DNA of 64,000 bases from Escherichia coli (lineage in GTDB: Bacteria > Pseudomonadota > Gammaproteobacteria > Enterobacterales > Enterobacteriaceae), in the NCBI RefSeq assembly GCF_050920415.1, contig NZ_CP169309.1. One strand, 5' to 3'. The position numbers and the translations under genes are program-made. Shown one piece after another: positions 10,270 to 22,794 of the stretch. Positions within the stretch are counted from its first letter, which is position 1. The number at the start of each line of letters is the position of its first letter. The notes beneath the pieces are model-generated. The model did not search any database. It worked only from the letters and a program-made list of their open reading frames with translations, and had not been told where the DNA came from.

Positions 10270-12092
10270 ACAGTCTGATTTCCCTGCGGGTTGATCGGTA
10301 AAATAAGCGTGAAGGTTGCGCCGTAGCCCGGCAAACTGGCGACGCGAATATCACCCTGATGGGCATTAATGATGCGTTGACTTAACGCCAGACCAAGCCC
10401 GGTTCCTGAGGCTTTGGTAGTGAAAAAGGGATCGAAGATCTTTTTTTGCAGCGAGAGATCAATGCCACTGCCGTTGTCCTCTATCGAAATGGCCTGTTGT
10501 GAGTCGCTATACTGCCAGGTTCGAATGCGAATTTTCCCTCGTGCACTGATAGCCTGGACGGCATTGATCAGGATATTCAGTAGTACCTGTTTGAGCAGTT
10601 CACGATCGGCGCTAATCGGGCTTAATTCATTATCCAGTTCGCTTATGAAGTCGACCCGCGCTTGTACGCCGGCGGTTTGTACCAGTACCAGAGTTTCTTC
10701 AACCAATGCATTGAGGCTGACTTGTTGCCATTGACTGTGGCGTGGGCGTGAAAATTCGAGCAATTGCTGAATAACTTTGTTAATTGAATCGATTTCTTTG
10801 AGTACTACGGACAGATATTCCTGATGTATTGGGTCACTGGTTTGTTGGCGCAAGATCTGTACATAACCACGAATAGCCGTTAACGGATTACGTACTTCAT
10901 GCGCCACGCCAGCCATCAGCTCACCCAGTGTGGCGAGGCGTTCAGCTTGCGCCATGCGGCGTTGGGTTTCTTTGCGGGCAGTTAAATCAGAGAAAATCAC
11001 CAAAGCACCAATCATTTCACCATGCGTATTATGAATACGACTGGTAGTGACACTGAGTTCAATGGTGCGCTCACGGCCTGGAAAACTGATCTCCAGCGCC
11101 ACATGTTCGGTGCCATGTTCCAGCGTATCCAGTACTGGACTGTAGAACGGAGTATTGTCGAACAACATGGAGTAAGGCTGCCCTACCAATTCATGACGTT
11201 GATAGCCAGTGATGACTTCTGCTGCCGGGTTCATGGTGGTTACATCACCCTGGCGGTCAATGGCAATGACGCCATCGGCAGCGTTTTCAATAATCAGATC
11301 GTTAAGTGTTCGCGTTTCACGCAGTGCCTGGGCGAGGTTGTTGACACTCTGACTAATTTGCCCCATTTCACCGGGCAATTGTGGTAATCGAGTGGGAATA
11401 TTTTGCGCCAGAGTCGCGAGACCATCGGTGATGATATCTATATTGGCGCTCAGGCGACGGGAGAAAAGGACAATCAACAGCAGGCTTATCAGCAAACCGG
11501 CGGTGAGCACAATGATAATCCTCACATCCATTTTCCAGGCCTGGCGGCGAATATCTTCGGTTAATTCATTGGCCCAGATATAGCCGAGGATTTCACCATT
11601 ACGCTCAATGGGGATCATTGAATTCAAAATATCGCCGCGCACCTGCCTGCCTGAATAAATCAAAGGAGTATTTGTACGCATGACTTCGCGACCAGGGTGA
11701 TCTGCGGCAATAGTAACGCCCACATTATTCTGATACAGCGCTGAAGGCGCGTAAGTGATTATCGCATCCAGCGTTTTGTTGTAATAACCAGCGCCTATGC
11801 CAGGAAAGGCGTGAGTGATATTTTCAGTAATGGGAGCAAGTTCTGCATTCAGTGCGTGGATTCGCTCCTCACGTGGTAAGTCGTTGTAGAGATCGTAGCG
11901 ATCGCCTAGCGCCTGATTAAGCAGGTTGACCACGGCAGAAAGTTTTTTCTCTTTTTCAGATAAGACTGCTGAACGTCCTTCCGTTTCTACGATATAACCA
12001 ATAGTAAGCGTTGGGACAATGACCATCAGGATTGCCATCAGGATCATTTGATTGCGTAAGCGGCGTGGATAAATCCACTTCATATAATGCAT
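10266..12092 (-). CDS. atoS: Sensor histidine kinase AtoS
   Basis: ORF 10266..12104; likely start at MHYMKWIYP; PAS and HisKA/HATPase motifs; overlaps atoC start. Confidence 0.9.
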   Translation of the reverse strand: MHYMKWIYPRRLRNQMILMAILMVIVPTLTIGYIVETEGRSAVLSEKEKKLSAVVNLLNQALGDRYDLYNDLPREERIHALNAELAPITENITHAFPGIGAGYYNKTLDAIITYAPSALYQNNVGVTIAADHPGREVMRTNTPLIYSGRQVRGDILNSMIPIERNGEILGYIWANELTEDIRRQAWKMDVRIIIVLTAGLLISLLLIVLFSRRLSANIDIITDGLATLAQNIPTRLPQLPGEMGQISQSVNNLAQALRETRTLNDLIIENAADGVIAIDRQGDVTTMNPAAEVITGYQRHELVGQPYSMLFDNTPFYSPVLDTLEHGTEHVALEISFPGRERTIELSVTTSRIHNTHGEMIGALVIFSDLTARKETQRRMAQAERLATLGELMAGVAHEVRNPLTAIRGYVQILRQQTSDPIHQEYLSVVLKEIDSINKVIQQLLEFSRPRHSQWQQVSLNALVEETLVLVQTAGVQARVDFISELDNELSPISADRELLKQVLLNILINAVQAISARGKIRIRTWQYSDSQQAISIEDNGSGIDLSLQKKIFDPFFTTKASGTGLGLALSQRIINAHQGDIRVASLPGYGATFTLILPINPQGNQTV

Positions 12093-12258
12093 GCTGAATC
12101 CCACTAGTCTTGTCCGGTATATGACGATTATCAGAGGTTAAGGTGATGATTTCTCGGCGGTGTATCATATTCCAGAGAAGAGAGAACATTGCGGTAACAC
12201 GCTTTTACCGCTACCTTAACCACACTCCATCGGTCACCTGAGGCGGAGCTTCGCCCCT

Positions 12259-15108
12259 TTGAAATACCTTGCTTCTTTTCGTACAACCCTGAAAGCCTCG
12301 CGCTACATGTTCAGAGCATTGGCGTTAGTGCTCTGGCTGTTGATTGCTTTTTCATCCGTTTTTTACATCGTTAATGCGTTGCATCAGCGAGAATCGGAAA
12401 TTCGTCAGGAATTTAATCTGAGTTCCGATCAGGCTCAGCGCTTTATTCAACGCACCTCTGATGTGATGAAAGAGCTGAAGTACATAGCTGAAAATCGCTT
12501 ATCGGCAGAAAACGGTGTGCTTTCGCCGCGTGGACGAGAAACGCAGGCAGATGTGCCTGTGTTTGAACCACTGTTTGCCGACTCCGATTGTTCCGCAATG
12601 AGTAACACCTGGCGAGGTTCTCTGGAGTCATTGGCGTGGTTTATGCGCTACTGGCGCGATAATTTCTCTGCGGCTTACGATCTCAACCGGGTATTTTTAA
12701 TCGGCAGCGATAACCTCTGCATGGCCAATTTCGGTCTACGTGATATGCCAGTGGAACGCGATACCGCATTGAAAGCTTTGCATGAACGCATCAATAAATA
12801 TCGAAATGCACCACAAGATGATAGCGGCAGTAACCTCTACTGGATCAGCGAAGGTCCGCGCCCTGGCGTCGGGTATTTTTACGCCTTGACGCCAGTTTAT
12901 CTGGCGAACCGGTTGCAGGCGCTTTTGGGTGTCGAGCAGACCATCAGGATGGAGAACTTCTTCTTACCTGGTACGTTGCCGATGGGGGTAACCATTCTTG
13001 ATGAAAATGGTCATACCCTGATTTCGCTTACCGGACCGGAAAGCAAGATTAAGAGCGATCCTCGCTGGATGCAGGAACGTTCCTGGTTTGGCTATACGGA
13101 AGGGTTCAGGGAACTGGTGCTGAAGAAAAACCTGCCACCTTCATCGTTAAGCATCGTCTATTCGGTGCCGGTTGATAAGGTGCTGGAGCGCATTCGCATG
13201 TTGATCCTTAACGCGATTTTACTGAATGTGCTTGCCGGAGCCGCGTTGTTTACTCTCGCACGGATGTACGAGCGGCGTATATTCATTCCTGCGGAAAGCG
13301 ACGCCCTGCGACTGGAAGAGCACGAGCAGTTTAATCGCAAGATTGTCGCTTCCGCGCCAGTGGGTATCTGCATTTTGCGTACCGCTGATGGCGTTAATAT
13401 TTTAAGTAACGAACTTGCGCATACCTATCTCAATATGCTTACGCATGAGGATCGCCAACGACTGACGCAAATTATCTGTGGTCAGCAGGTCAATTTTGTT
13501 GATGTCCTGACCAGCAACAATACCAATCTGCAAATCAGCTTCGTCCATTCGCGCTATCGTAATGAAAACGTCGCCATTTGTGTGCTGGTGGATGTTTCTT
13601 CGCGCGTGAAGATGGAAGAGTCGTTGCAGGAGATGGCACAAGCAGCGGAACAGGCGAGCCAGTCAAAATCGATGTTCCTTGCCACCGTCAGTCATGAGCT
13701 GCGAACGCCGCTATATGGCATTATCGGTAACCTGGATCTTTTGCAAACCAAAGAGTTACCGAAAGGCGTCGATCGTCTGGTGACGGCAATGAACAACTCT
13801 TCCAGCCTGTTGTTGAAAATTATCAGCGATATTCTCGACTTCTCGAAGATTGAATCGGAACAGTTGAAGATCGAACCGCGTGAGTTTTCACCGCGTGAAG
13901 TGATGAACCACATCACCGCCAACTATTTGCCGCTGGTGGTACGCAAGCAGCTAGGCTTGTACTGCTTTATTGAACCGGATGTGCCAGTGGCCTTAAATGG
14001 CGACCCAATGCGTTTACAGCAGGTCATCTCCAACCTGTTGAGTAACGCCATAAAATTCACCGATACCGGCTGTATAGTTCTGCATGTTCGAGCTGATGGC
14101 GATTATCTCTCTATCCGCGTTCGCGATACCGGCGTAGGGATTCCGGCGAAAGAAGTGGTGCGCTTGTTTGATCCCTTCTTCCAGGTCGGAACGGGCGTAC
14201 AGCGAAACTTCCAGGGGACCGGTCTGGGTCTGGCGATTTGTGAAAAACTGATCAGCATGATGGACGGCGATATCTCGGTAGATTCAGAACCGGGAATGGG
14301 CAGCCAGTTTACCGTGCGTATTCCGTTGTACGGCGCTCAGTACCCGCAGAAAAAAGGCGTGGAAGGGTTGAGTGGTAAACGCTGCTGGCTGGCGGTCCGC
14401 AATGCGTCGCTCTGTCAGTTCCTGGAAACCAGTTTGCAGCGCAGCGGCATAGTCGTTACAACATACGAAGGGCAGGAACCGACTCCCGAAGATGTGTTAA
14501 TCACTGACGAGGTAGTGAGCAAAAAATGGCAGGGTAGAGCGGTAGTGACCTTCTGTCGTCGCCATATTGGTATTCCGCTGGAGAAAGCGCCAGGGGAGTG
14601 GGTACACAGTGTGGCTGCACCGCATGAGCTACCGGCATTGTTGGCGCGTATTTATTTGATCGAGATAGAGAGCGATGATCCTGCTAACGCTCTGCCGTCG
14701 ACGGACAAAGCGGTCAGCGATAACGACGATATGATGATTCTGGTCGTGGATGATCATCCGATTAACCGGCGTCTGCTGGCAGATCAGTTGGGATCGCTGG
14801 GCTATCAATGTAAAACCGCGAATGATGGCGTCGATGCGCTTAATGTACTTAGCAAGAATCATATTGATATCGTGCTTAGCGACGTCAACATGCCAAATAT
14901 GGATGGTTACCGCTTGACGCAACGCATTCGTCAGTTGGGGCTGACGTTGCCGGTAATCGGAGTAACTGCTAATGCGCTGGCTGAAGAGAAGCAGCGGTGT
15001 CTGGAGTCCGGTATGGACAGCTGCCTGTCGAAGCCGGTAACGCTGGATGTGATAAAACAGACACTGACGGTATATGCCGAGAGGGTTCGGAAATCGCGGG
15101 AATCGTAG
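12259..15108 (+). CDS. rcsC: Hybrid sensor kinase RcsC
   Basis: 949-aa ORF with TM segments, HisKA/HATPase and C-terminal receiver domain. Confidence 0.95.
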   Translation: MKYLASFRTTLKASRYMFRALALVLWLLIAFSSVFYIVNALHQRESEIRQEFNLSSDQAQRFIQRTSDVMKELKYIAENRLSAENGVLSPRGRETQADVPVFEPLFADSDCSAMSNTWRGSLESLAWFMRYWRDNFSAAYDLNRVFLIGSDNLCMANFGLRDMPVERDTALKALHERINKYRNAPQDDSGSNLYWISEGPRPGVGYFYALTPVYLANRLQALLGVEQTIRMENFFLPGTLPMGVTILDENGHTLISLTGPESKIKSDPRWMQERSWFGYTEGFRELVLKKNLPPSSLSIVYSVPVDKVLERIRMLILNAILLNVLAGAALFTLARMYERRIFIPAESDALRLEEHEQFNRKIVASAPVGICILRTADGVNILSNELAHTYLNMLTHEDRQRLTQIICGQQVNFVDVLTSNNTNLQISFVHSRYRNENVAICVLVDVSSRVKMEESLQEMAQAAEQASQSKSMFLATVSHELRTPLYGIIGNLDLLQTKELPKGVDRLVTAMNNSSSLLLKIISDILDFSKIESEQLKIEPREFSPREVMNHITANYLPLVVRKQLGLYCFIEPDVPVALNGDPMRLQQVISNLLSNAIKFTDTGCIVLHVRADGDYLSIRVRDTGVGIPAKEVVRLFDPFFQVGTGVQRNFQGTGLGLAICEKLISMMDGDISVDSEPGMGSQFTVRIPLYGAQYPQKKGVEGLSGKRCWLAVRNASLCQFLETSLQRSGIVVTTYEGQEPTPEDVLITDEVVSKKWQGRAVVTFCRRHIGIPLEKAPGEWVHSVAAPHELPALLARIYLIEIESDDPANALPSTDKAVSDNDDMMILVVDDHPINRRLLADQLGSLGYQCKTANDGVDALNVLSKNHIDIVLSDVNMPNMDGYRLTQRIRQLGLTLPVIGVTANALAEEKQRCLESGMDSCLSKPVTLDVIKQTLTVYAERVRKSRES

Positions 15109-15114
15109 GCTTAT

Positions 15115-15300
<186 letters not shown>

Positions 15301-15306
15301 AGATGA

Positions 15307-15957
15307 TTAGTCTTTATCTGCCGGACTTAAGGTCACAGAAGAGAGATAATTCAGCAGAGCAATATCGTTCTCGACACCCAGCTTCATCATCGCAGATTTC
15401 TTCTGGCTACTGATGGTTTTGATACTGCGGTTCAGCTTTTTAGCGATCTCGGTCACCAGGAAGCCTTCCGCAAACAGGCGCAGAACTTCACTCTCTTTTG
15501 GCGAGAGACGCTTGTCACCATAACCGCCAGCACTGATTTTTTCTAACAGGCGAGAAACGCTTTCCGGGGTAAATTTCTTCCCTTTCTGCAGCGCGGCGAG
15601 AGCTTTCGGCAGATCGGTCGGTGCACCTTGTTTCAGCACGATCCCTTCGATATCCAGATCCAATACCGCACTAAGAATCGCCGGGTTGTTGTTCATGGTC
15701 AGAACGATGATCGACAGGCTTGGGAAATGGCGCTTGATGTACTTGATTAAGGTAATTCCATCGCCGTACTTATCGCCAGGCATGGAGAGATCGGTAATCA
15801 ACACATGCGCATCCAGTTTCGGCAGGTTGTTGATCAGTGCTGTAGAGTCTTCAAATTCGCCGACAACATTCACCCACTCAATTTGCTCAAGTGATTTGCG
15901 AATACCGAACAAGACTATCGGATGGTCATCGGCAATAATTACGTTCATATTGTTCAT
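15307..15957 (-). CDS. rcsB: Response regulator RcsB
   Basis: ORF 15307..16002; start placed at MNNMNVIIADDHP (216 aa); receiver plus LuxR-type HTH. Confidence 0.95.
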   Translation of the reverse strand: MNNMNVIIADDHPIVLFGIRKSLEQIEWVNVVGEFEDSTALINNLPKLDAHVLITDLSMPGDKYGDGITLIKYIKRHFPSLSIIVLTMNNNPAILSAVLDLDIEGIVLKQGAPTDLPKALAALQKGKKFTPESVSRLLEKISAGGYGDKRLSPKESEVLRLFAEGFLVTEIAKKLNRSIKTISSQKKSAMMKLGVENDIALLNYLSSVTLSPADKD

Positions 15958-15973
15958 GTAATAGGCTACCTTG

Positions 15974-18646
15974 CTACAGCAAGCTCTTGACATAACTGTC
16001 AATGTCGCTGATGTATTTTTCTATTCCTGGAACATCCTTCTCACGAATCAGATGTTCCAGCGTTTCACATAACTGCTTGCCGGGTACCAGATTTAGCATG
16101 GCAAATACGCCTTTAAGACGATGAGCCGTTTGGGCTAACGCAGCAAAGTCACTGGTTGCTGCTTCAGTATACAGCCTCTTAACATCATCCGGTACTGTGT
16201 CTACAAAGAGCGCATAATAGCCGCTGGCATGGAGTTGCGCATTTTCATCTCCGCCCAGAGGCGATTCTGTCACCTCTTCCTGCGCCAGTTGCACTTCAAT
16301 TAATTGTAAGACCGCTTCCTGCATAGCGTTGCTCATATTGAAGTTGACGCACAATTGACCAGGCCCAATTTCCCGTACGCCAGACTCATCATCGCTTAAA
16401 AGCAAGCCAGAGGCAGTAAGATTAGACGGATTATCCGTTAAAAAGATATCATAATCTTGACTAATTAATCTTTCATCGGGTGTGATACAGGTTGCACCCC
16501 AATTTTCTAACTGGCGAGTGACAATATTCCGAATTTCTGCCGAAGTAACATCCACCATTATGCAGACATCATCCAGTAATCGTTCTTCTTCCTCTTCAAC
16601 TTCCGGGTCAGCTGCGAGCATTTTGATATGCACAGAGTAGCGTGTACCAAGCCCATCCCGCGTTTTGATGTTTAAATGACCGCCCAGTTTACGCGCCAGT
16701 TGATCGCTCAACCAGAATGCCAGCGGGTCGGCCTTGCCATAGCGATCGTTTTGGGTCCGGTTGATAAACGGGAAGTGCAAATTATCCATTTCATGAATGC
16801 TTACGCCTTCTCCGGTGTCCAGAATGCGGAACGTCAGGCGGTCTTCGGAGGACTCATCCTGATCAACCTCAAGGGTGATTTTTCCCAATTGCGTTGAGGT
16901 CACGGCATATTGCATCAGTAGTAGCAAAATACGTCGTAAGGCATCGCGATCGCCGCGGCGCATATCGTGTGCTTTCAGATGATTGTTAATCAGCAGTTGC
17001 AGACCTTTACGCTTGATGGCAGGCAATACTGAAGGCACAACTTCATCAATCAAATCCTGCACGGAGAACAGCTCCGTCTCACTTTTCCAGCTATCGTCCG
17101 CAAGCATATTCGCTAACTGTATTTCATCGACCAGCCGCACCAGCACATCTGCCTGATTCGCCAGTTGTTTGCCTTCCGGGGCGTTGAGTTTAGCCGCGCT
17201 CTCCGCCAGGGACTGTGCGGGTTCTTTCAGCGCATCGCCAATGTTTTTCATAAAGGTCATCCGCCCCTGCTGGTTTTTCTCATACAGACGCTGCGCCTGC
17301 TTGAGTTTCTTGTTTACCAGCACTTCGCGATCCTGATCGCGAATAATGAAAATTTGTGTGCGCGGCGCAACCTGGCTGCGGAACATGCGGATCTCATACA
17401 GCTCGTTATTGATCGTCGCCTGAATAATCCCCTGATGCTGTTCCGCCATGGTGGTGATGTTTTGCAGATTTAAATGCGGCAGCAGGTGATCGGCAATTTT
17501 GTTACTTATGACCGTGCGGTTCGATTCCTGATCGTGAACCAGCAGGCCGAGCGGCAGCAGTGAGACTATCTCTTCATTAATTGCCCGTAAAATGCGCAAT
17601 TCGTTATTGACCGCCGTGCTGGGGACGCTTTCTGTACTGCGGCTGGAGAAATGGCGGAATGTGGTATAGCCAAATAACGCCAGCGCCAGCAAACCGATGT
17701 TCAGCAGCAGTGGCAGCAGAATGTTTTGCAACGTATCCAGCAATAAGGTGCCATAAGGAACCTGCCAGACCAGGCGCATATCGGTAGAGTTGAGTGCCGA
17801 GGAGATTTCAATCTTCGTACTGTTAAAGTGGATACTGACGCTATCCGTCCCTTCTTTCTCATTTTCATTGTTTCCCGTTGCCGTCGCGTCTGGCTCAAGG
17901 CGGAAACTGTCCAGCGGCATACCCGGTGGGATCAAATCATTAATCGGCAGATCAAAAGCAACGACCGTTGCCAGATGTCCCGGCTGGTTGAACGTGGTAC
18001 GCAAGGTAAAGTAATGACCGTTCTGCCAGGCCAGGCGGCGCAGGTTAGAAAAACTTTCGCGTTCATCGAGCGCGTTGGCCTGTTGCAACATCTCTGCGCG
18101 ACGTGAATCAACAATGTCGCTGACGGTCGATTCTTTAAATCCGGAGGTGAGATCTTTGAGGGGCAGGGTCGAGATCAGTACCAGACTGTTATCCTGACCA
18201 TTCAGGTAATACATCGACCACGGTACATTTTCTGCGCCCCACAATGTGTCCAGATAGGTGGACATCCGTTGAGTCATCTCAAGCGTTGAGTTGTCGTGAG
18301 AGCCAAAGATTAACGCTTCCGTTTTGCGGCGTGGTTTTTCCAGATAGTAGACATCCTGTTTCAGGCGCGTCTCTTGTAAACCTTCGCCGGAGGAGGGGGA
18401 GGTCGTCGCGGCAATGTTGTCGTAGATCTGCCAGGTCACGTAACGCCAGGTATCGACGCGCTTTTGGATTGCGTGGGTAATGTCGACAATCTGGTAACTT
18501 TTATCTTTCAGCCAGGCGTTAACGGCGCTTTGCACCATTACACCCATCGTCACCAGTAACACAATGATCAACAGTAAAAAGAAGCGGGTAATGCTCCCCG
18601 GTAGGAGTGAAAAGCGGGTCGTGGCCGTTGTCTCTTTCTGACGCAT
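15974..18646 (-). CDS. rcsD: Phosphotransfer protein RcsD (YojN)
   Basis: 890-aa ORF upstream of rcsB on the same strand; C-terminal HPt-like region. Confidence 0.9.
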   Translation of the reverse strand: MRQKETTATTRFSLLPGSITRFFLLLIIVLLVTMGVMVQSAVNAWLKDKSYQIVDITHAIQKRVDTWRYVTWQIYDNIAATTSPSSGEGLQETRLKQDVYYLEKPRRKTEALIFGSHDNSTLEMTQRMSTYLDTLWGAENVPWSMYYLNGQDNSLVLISTLPLKDLTSGFKESTVSDIVDSRRAEMLQQANALDERESFSNLRRLAWQNGHYFTLRTTFNQPGHLATVVAFDLPINDLIPPGMPLDSFRLEPDATATGNNENEKEGTDSVSIHFNSTKIEISSALNSTDMRLVWQVPYGTLLLDTLQNILLPLLLNIGLLALALFGYTTFRHFSSRSTESVPSTAVNNELRILRAINEEIVSLLPLGLLVHDQESNRTVISNKIADHLLPHLNLQNITTMAEQHQGIIQATINNELYEIRMFRSQVAPRTQIFIIRDQDREVLVNKKLKQAQRLYEKNQQGRMTFMKNIGDALKEPAQSLAESAAKLNAPEGKQLANQADVLVRLVDEIQLANMLADDSWKSETELFSVQDLIDEVVPSVLPAIKRKGLQLLINNHLKAHDMRRGDRDALRRILLLLMQYAVTSTQLGKITLEVDQDESSEDRLTFRILDTGEGVSIHEMDNLHFPFINRTQNDRYGKADPLAFWLSDQLARKLGGHLNIKTRDGLGTRYSVHIKMLAADPEVEEEEERLLDDVCIMVDVTSAEIRNIVTRQLENWGATCITPDERLISQDYDIFLTDNPSNLTASGLLLSDDESGVREIGPGQLCVNFNMSNAMQEAVLQLIEVQLAQEEVTESPLGGDENAQLHASGYYALFVDTVPDDVKRLYTEAATSDFAALAQTAHRLKGVFAMLNLVPGKQLCETLEHLIREKDVPGIEKYISDIDSYVKSLL

Positions 18647-18957
18647 TCGTGTTTATGACCTGTTAAAACTTCGCGAAGTGATAGGGCAGTATAAAGGGTA
18701 CAGTGTGAAATTCCAGACTCTTACCTGATTGATGATTCTCTATTCTCCCGTGATATTTATCATCCTGCATTGGGGGAAATAGATGTACAAGTGCCATTTT
18801 GCTGTACAAATAACCTACAAAAAGCCTAACGAAATTAATTGCAAATAAACGAAGATTGCTGGAAATTATGCTGATGTTAATTATTTGTGAAATAGTTAAC
18901 AAGCGTTATAGTTTTTCTGTGGTAGCACAGAATAATGAAAAGTGTGTAAAGAAGGGT

Positions 18958-19051
18958 AAAAAAAAACCGGATGCGAGGCATCCGGTTGAAATAGGGGTAA
19001 ACAGACATTCAGAAATGAATGACGGTAATAAATAAAGTTAATGATGATAGC
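18958..19051 (-). ncRNA. micF: micF antisense sRNA
   Basis: Reverse complement matches the micF sequence as I recall it (GCTATCATCATTAACTTT...CCGGATGCCTCGCATCCGGTTTTTTTT); divergent from ompC. Confidence 0.8.
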
Positions 19052-19370
19052 GGGAGATATTCTAGTTGCGAGTGAAGGTTTTGTTTTGACATTCAGTGCT
19101 GTCAAATACTTAAGAATAAGTTATTGATTTTAACCTTGAATTATTATTGCTTGATGTTAGGTGCTTATTTCGCCATTCCGCAATAATCTTAAAAAGTTCC
19201 CTTGTATTTACATTCTGAAACATCTATAGCGATAAATGAAACATCTTAAAAGTTTTAGTATCATATTCGTGTTGGATTATTCTGCATTTTTGGGGAGAAT
19301 GGACTTGCCGACTGATTAATGAGGGTTAATCAGTATGCAGTGGCATAAAAAAGCAAATAAAGGCATATAA

Positions 19371-20489
<1,119 letters not shown>

Positions 20490-20507
20490 TCTCGATTGAT
20501 ATCGAAC

Positions 20508-20530
20508 AAAGGGCCTGCGGGCCCTTTTTT
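20508..20530 (+). terminator. ompC rho-independent terminator
   Basis: gggcctgcgggccc hairpin followed by tttttt. Confidence 0.7.
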
Positions 20531-20600
20531 CATTGTTTTCAGCGTACAAACACAGTTTTTTGGTGTACTCTTGCGACCGTTCGCATGAGGATAATCACGT

Positions 20601-21656
20601 ATGGAAATAAGCTTTACCCGCGTGGCACTGCTGGCTGCCGCGCTCTTCTTTGTTGGTTGCGATCAAAAACCACAACCCGCCAAAACCCACGCTATTGAAG
20701 TTACCGTTCTCGAAGGCAAAACCATGGGTACCTTCTGGCGTGCCAGCATTCCGGGCATTGACGCCAAACGCAGTGCCGAACTTAAAGAAAAGATTCAGAC
20801 CCAGCTGGACGCCGACGATCAGCTGCTTTCGACCTATAAAAAAGATTCCGCGCTGATGCGATTTAACGACTCGCAAAGTTTATCGCCGTGGCCGGTAAGT
20901 GAAGCGATGGCCGATATCGTCACCACCTCGCTGCGCATTGGCGCAAGGACCGATGGTGCGATGGATATAACCGTCGGGCCGCTGGTGAATCTGTGGGGCT
21001 TTGGCCCGGAACAACAGCCGGTTCAAATTCCCAGCCAGGAACAAATTGATGCGATGAAAGCCAAAACCGGCTTACAGCACCTGACGGTCATTAATCAGTC
21101 GCATCAGCAATATCTGCAAAAAGACCTGCCGGATTTATATGTCGATCTCTCCACCGTCGGCGAAGGCTATGCGGCGGATCATCTGGCACGCTTGATGGAG
21201 CAGGAAGGGATTTCCCGCTATCTGGTGTCGGTGGGCGGCGCGCTGAACAGCCGTGGTATGAACGCTGAAGGCCAGCCGTGGCGGGTAGCGATTCAAAAAC
21301 CGACCGATCAGGAAAATGCGGTTCAGGCCGTGGTGGATATCAACGGTCATGGCATTAGCACCTCTGGCAGCTACCGTAACTATTACGAACTGGACGGCAA
21401 ACGTCTTTCTCATGTTATCGATCCGCAAACCGGGCGTCCCATCGAACACAATCTGGTATCCGTAACGGTGATTGCTCCGACGGCGCAGGAAGCCGATGCC
21501 TGGGATACTGGCTTAATGGTACTGGGGCCGGAGAAAGCCAAAGAGGTTGTTCGCCGGGAAGGGCTGGCGGTTTACATGATCACCAAAGAAGGCGATAGCT
21601 TTAAAACCTGGATGTCACCACAGTTTAAAAGCTTCCTTGTCAGCGAAAAAAATTAA
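20601..21656 (+). CDS. apbE: FAD:protein FMN transferase (lipoprotein ApbE/Ftp)
   Basis: 351-aa ORF with lipoprotein signal (LFFVGC); ApbE family. Confidence 0.85.
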   Translation: MEISFTRVALLAAALFFVGCDQKPQPAKTHAIEVTVLEGKTMGTFWRASIPGIDAKRSAELKEKIQTQLDADDQLLSTYKKDSALMRFNDSQSLSPWPVSEAMADIVTTSLRIGARTDGAMDITVGPLVNLWGFGPEQQPVQIPSQEQIDAMKAKTGLQHLTVINQSHQQYLQKDLPDLYVDLSTVGEGYAADHLARLMEQEGISRYLVSVGGALNSRGMNAEGQPWRVAIQKPTDQENAVQAVVDINGHGISTSGSYRNYYELDGKRLSHVIDPQTGRPIEHNLVSVTVIAPTAQEADAWDTGLMVLGPEKAKEVVRREGLAVYMITKEGDSFKTWMSPQFKSFLVSEKN

Positions 21657-21729
21657 AGCGCAAGATTGTTGGTTTTTGTGCGATGGTGACCGGGCAGACT
21701 AAAGGCTATCCTTAACCTGGGAGCTGATT

Positions 21730-22794
21730 ATGAAAAACGCCACATGCTTAACTGACGATCAACGCTGGCAATCTGTCTTAGCCCGCGACCCGAACGCCGA
21801 CGGCGAATTCGTTTTCGCCGTGCGCACCACGGGTATCTTTTGCCGTCCGTCTTGCCGAGCCAGACATGCCTTGCGGGAAAATGTCTCCTTCTACGCAAAT
21901 GCCAGCGAGGCACTCGCCGCCGGATTTCGCCCCTGCAAACGTTGTCAGCCAGACAAAGCCAATCCCCGGCAACATCGCCTTGATAAAATTACCCACGCCT
22001 GCCGACTGCTGGAACAGGAAACGCCTGTAACGCTGGAAGCCTTAGCCGACCAGGTGGCGATGAGTCCGTTCCATCTGCATCGGTTGTTTAAAGCGACTAC
22101 CGGAATGACGCCTAAAGCCTGGCAACAGGCCTGGCGCGCTCGCCGTTTGCGTGAATCGCTGGCGAAAGGGGAGAGCGTGACGACGTCTATTCTTAACGCC
22201 GGATTCCCCGACAGCAGCAGTTACTACCGCAAAGCTGACGAAACGCTGGGCATGACGGCTAAACAATTCCGTCATGGTGGCGAAAATCTGGCGGTGCGTT
22301 ACGCGCTGGCTGATTGTGAGCTGGGCCGTTGCCTGGTGGCAGAAAGCGAGCGGGGGATTTGCGCGATATTGCTGGGCGATGATGACGCGACGCTAATCAG
22401 CGAGTTGCAGCAGATGTTTCCCGCTGCCGACAACGCGCCTGCCGATCTGCCGTTTCAGCAACATGTGCGTGAAGTGATCGCCAGCCTCAATCAACGCGAT
22501 ACGCCGCTGACGTTACCGCTGGACATTCGCGGCACTGCTTTTCAGCAACAAGTCTGGCAGGCACTGCGCACGATACCTTGTGGTGAAACCGTCAGTTATC
22601 AGCAACTGGCGAACGCCATCGGCAAACCGAAAGCGGTACGGGCCGTTGCCAGCGCCTGTGCAGCCAACAAGCTCGCTATCGTAATACCCTGTCATCGGGT
22701 AGTCCGTGGTGATGGCACACTTTCCGGTTACCGCTGGGGCGTGTCGCGCAAAGCGCAACTGCTGCGCCGTGAAGCTGAAAATGAGGAGAGGTAA
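21730..22794 (+). CDS. ada: Bifunctional regulator/O6-methylguanine-DNA methyltransferase Ada
   Basis: 354-aa ORF; N-terminal Cys cluster, C-terminal PCHRV active site. Confidence 0.9.
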   Translation: MKNATCLTDDQRWQSVLARDPNADGEFVFAVRTTGIFCRPSCRARHALRENVSFYANASEALAAGFRPCKRCQPDKANPRQHRLDKITHACRLLEQETPVTLEALADQVAMSPFHLHRLFKATTGMTPKAWQQAWRARRLRESLAKGESVTTSILNAGFPDSSSYYRKADETLGMTAKQFRHGGENLAVRYALADCELGRCLVAESERGICAILLGDDDATLISELQQMFPAADNAPADLPFQQHVREVIASLNQRDTPLTLPLDIRGTAFQQQVWQALRTIPCGETVSYQQLANAIGKPKAVRAVASACAANKLAIVIPCHRVVRGDGTLSGYRWGVSRKAQLLRREAENEER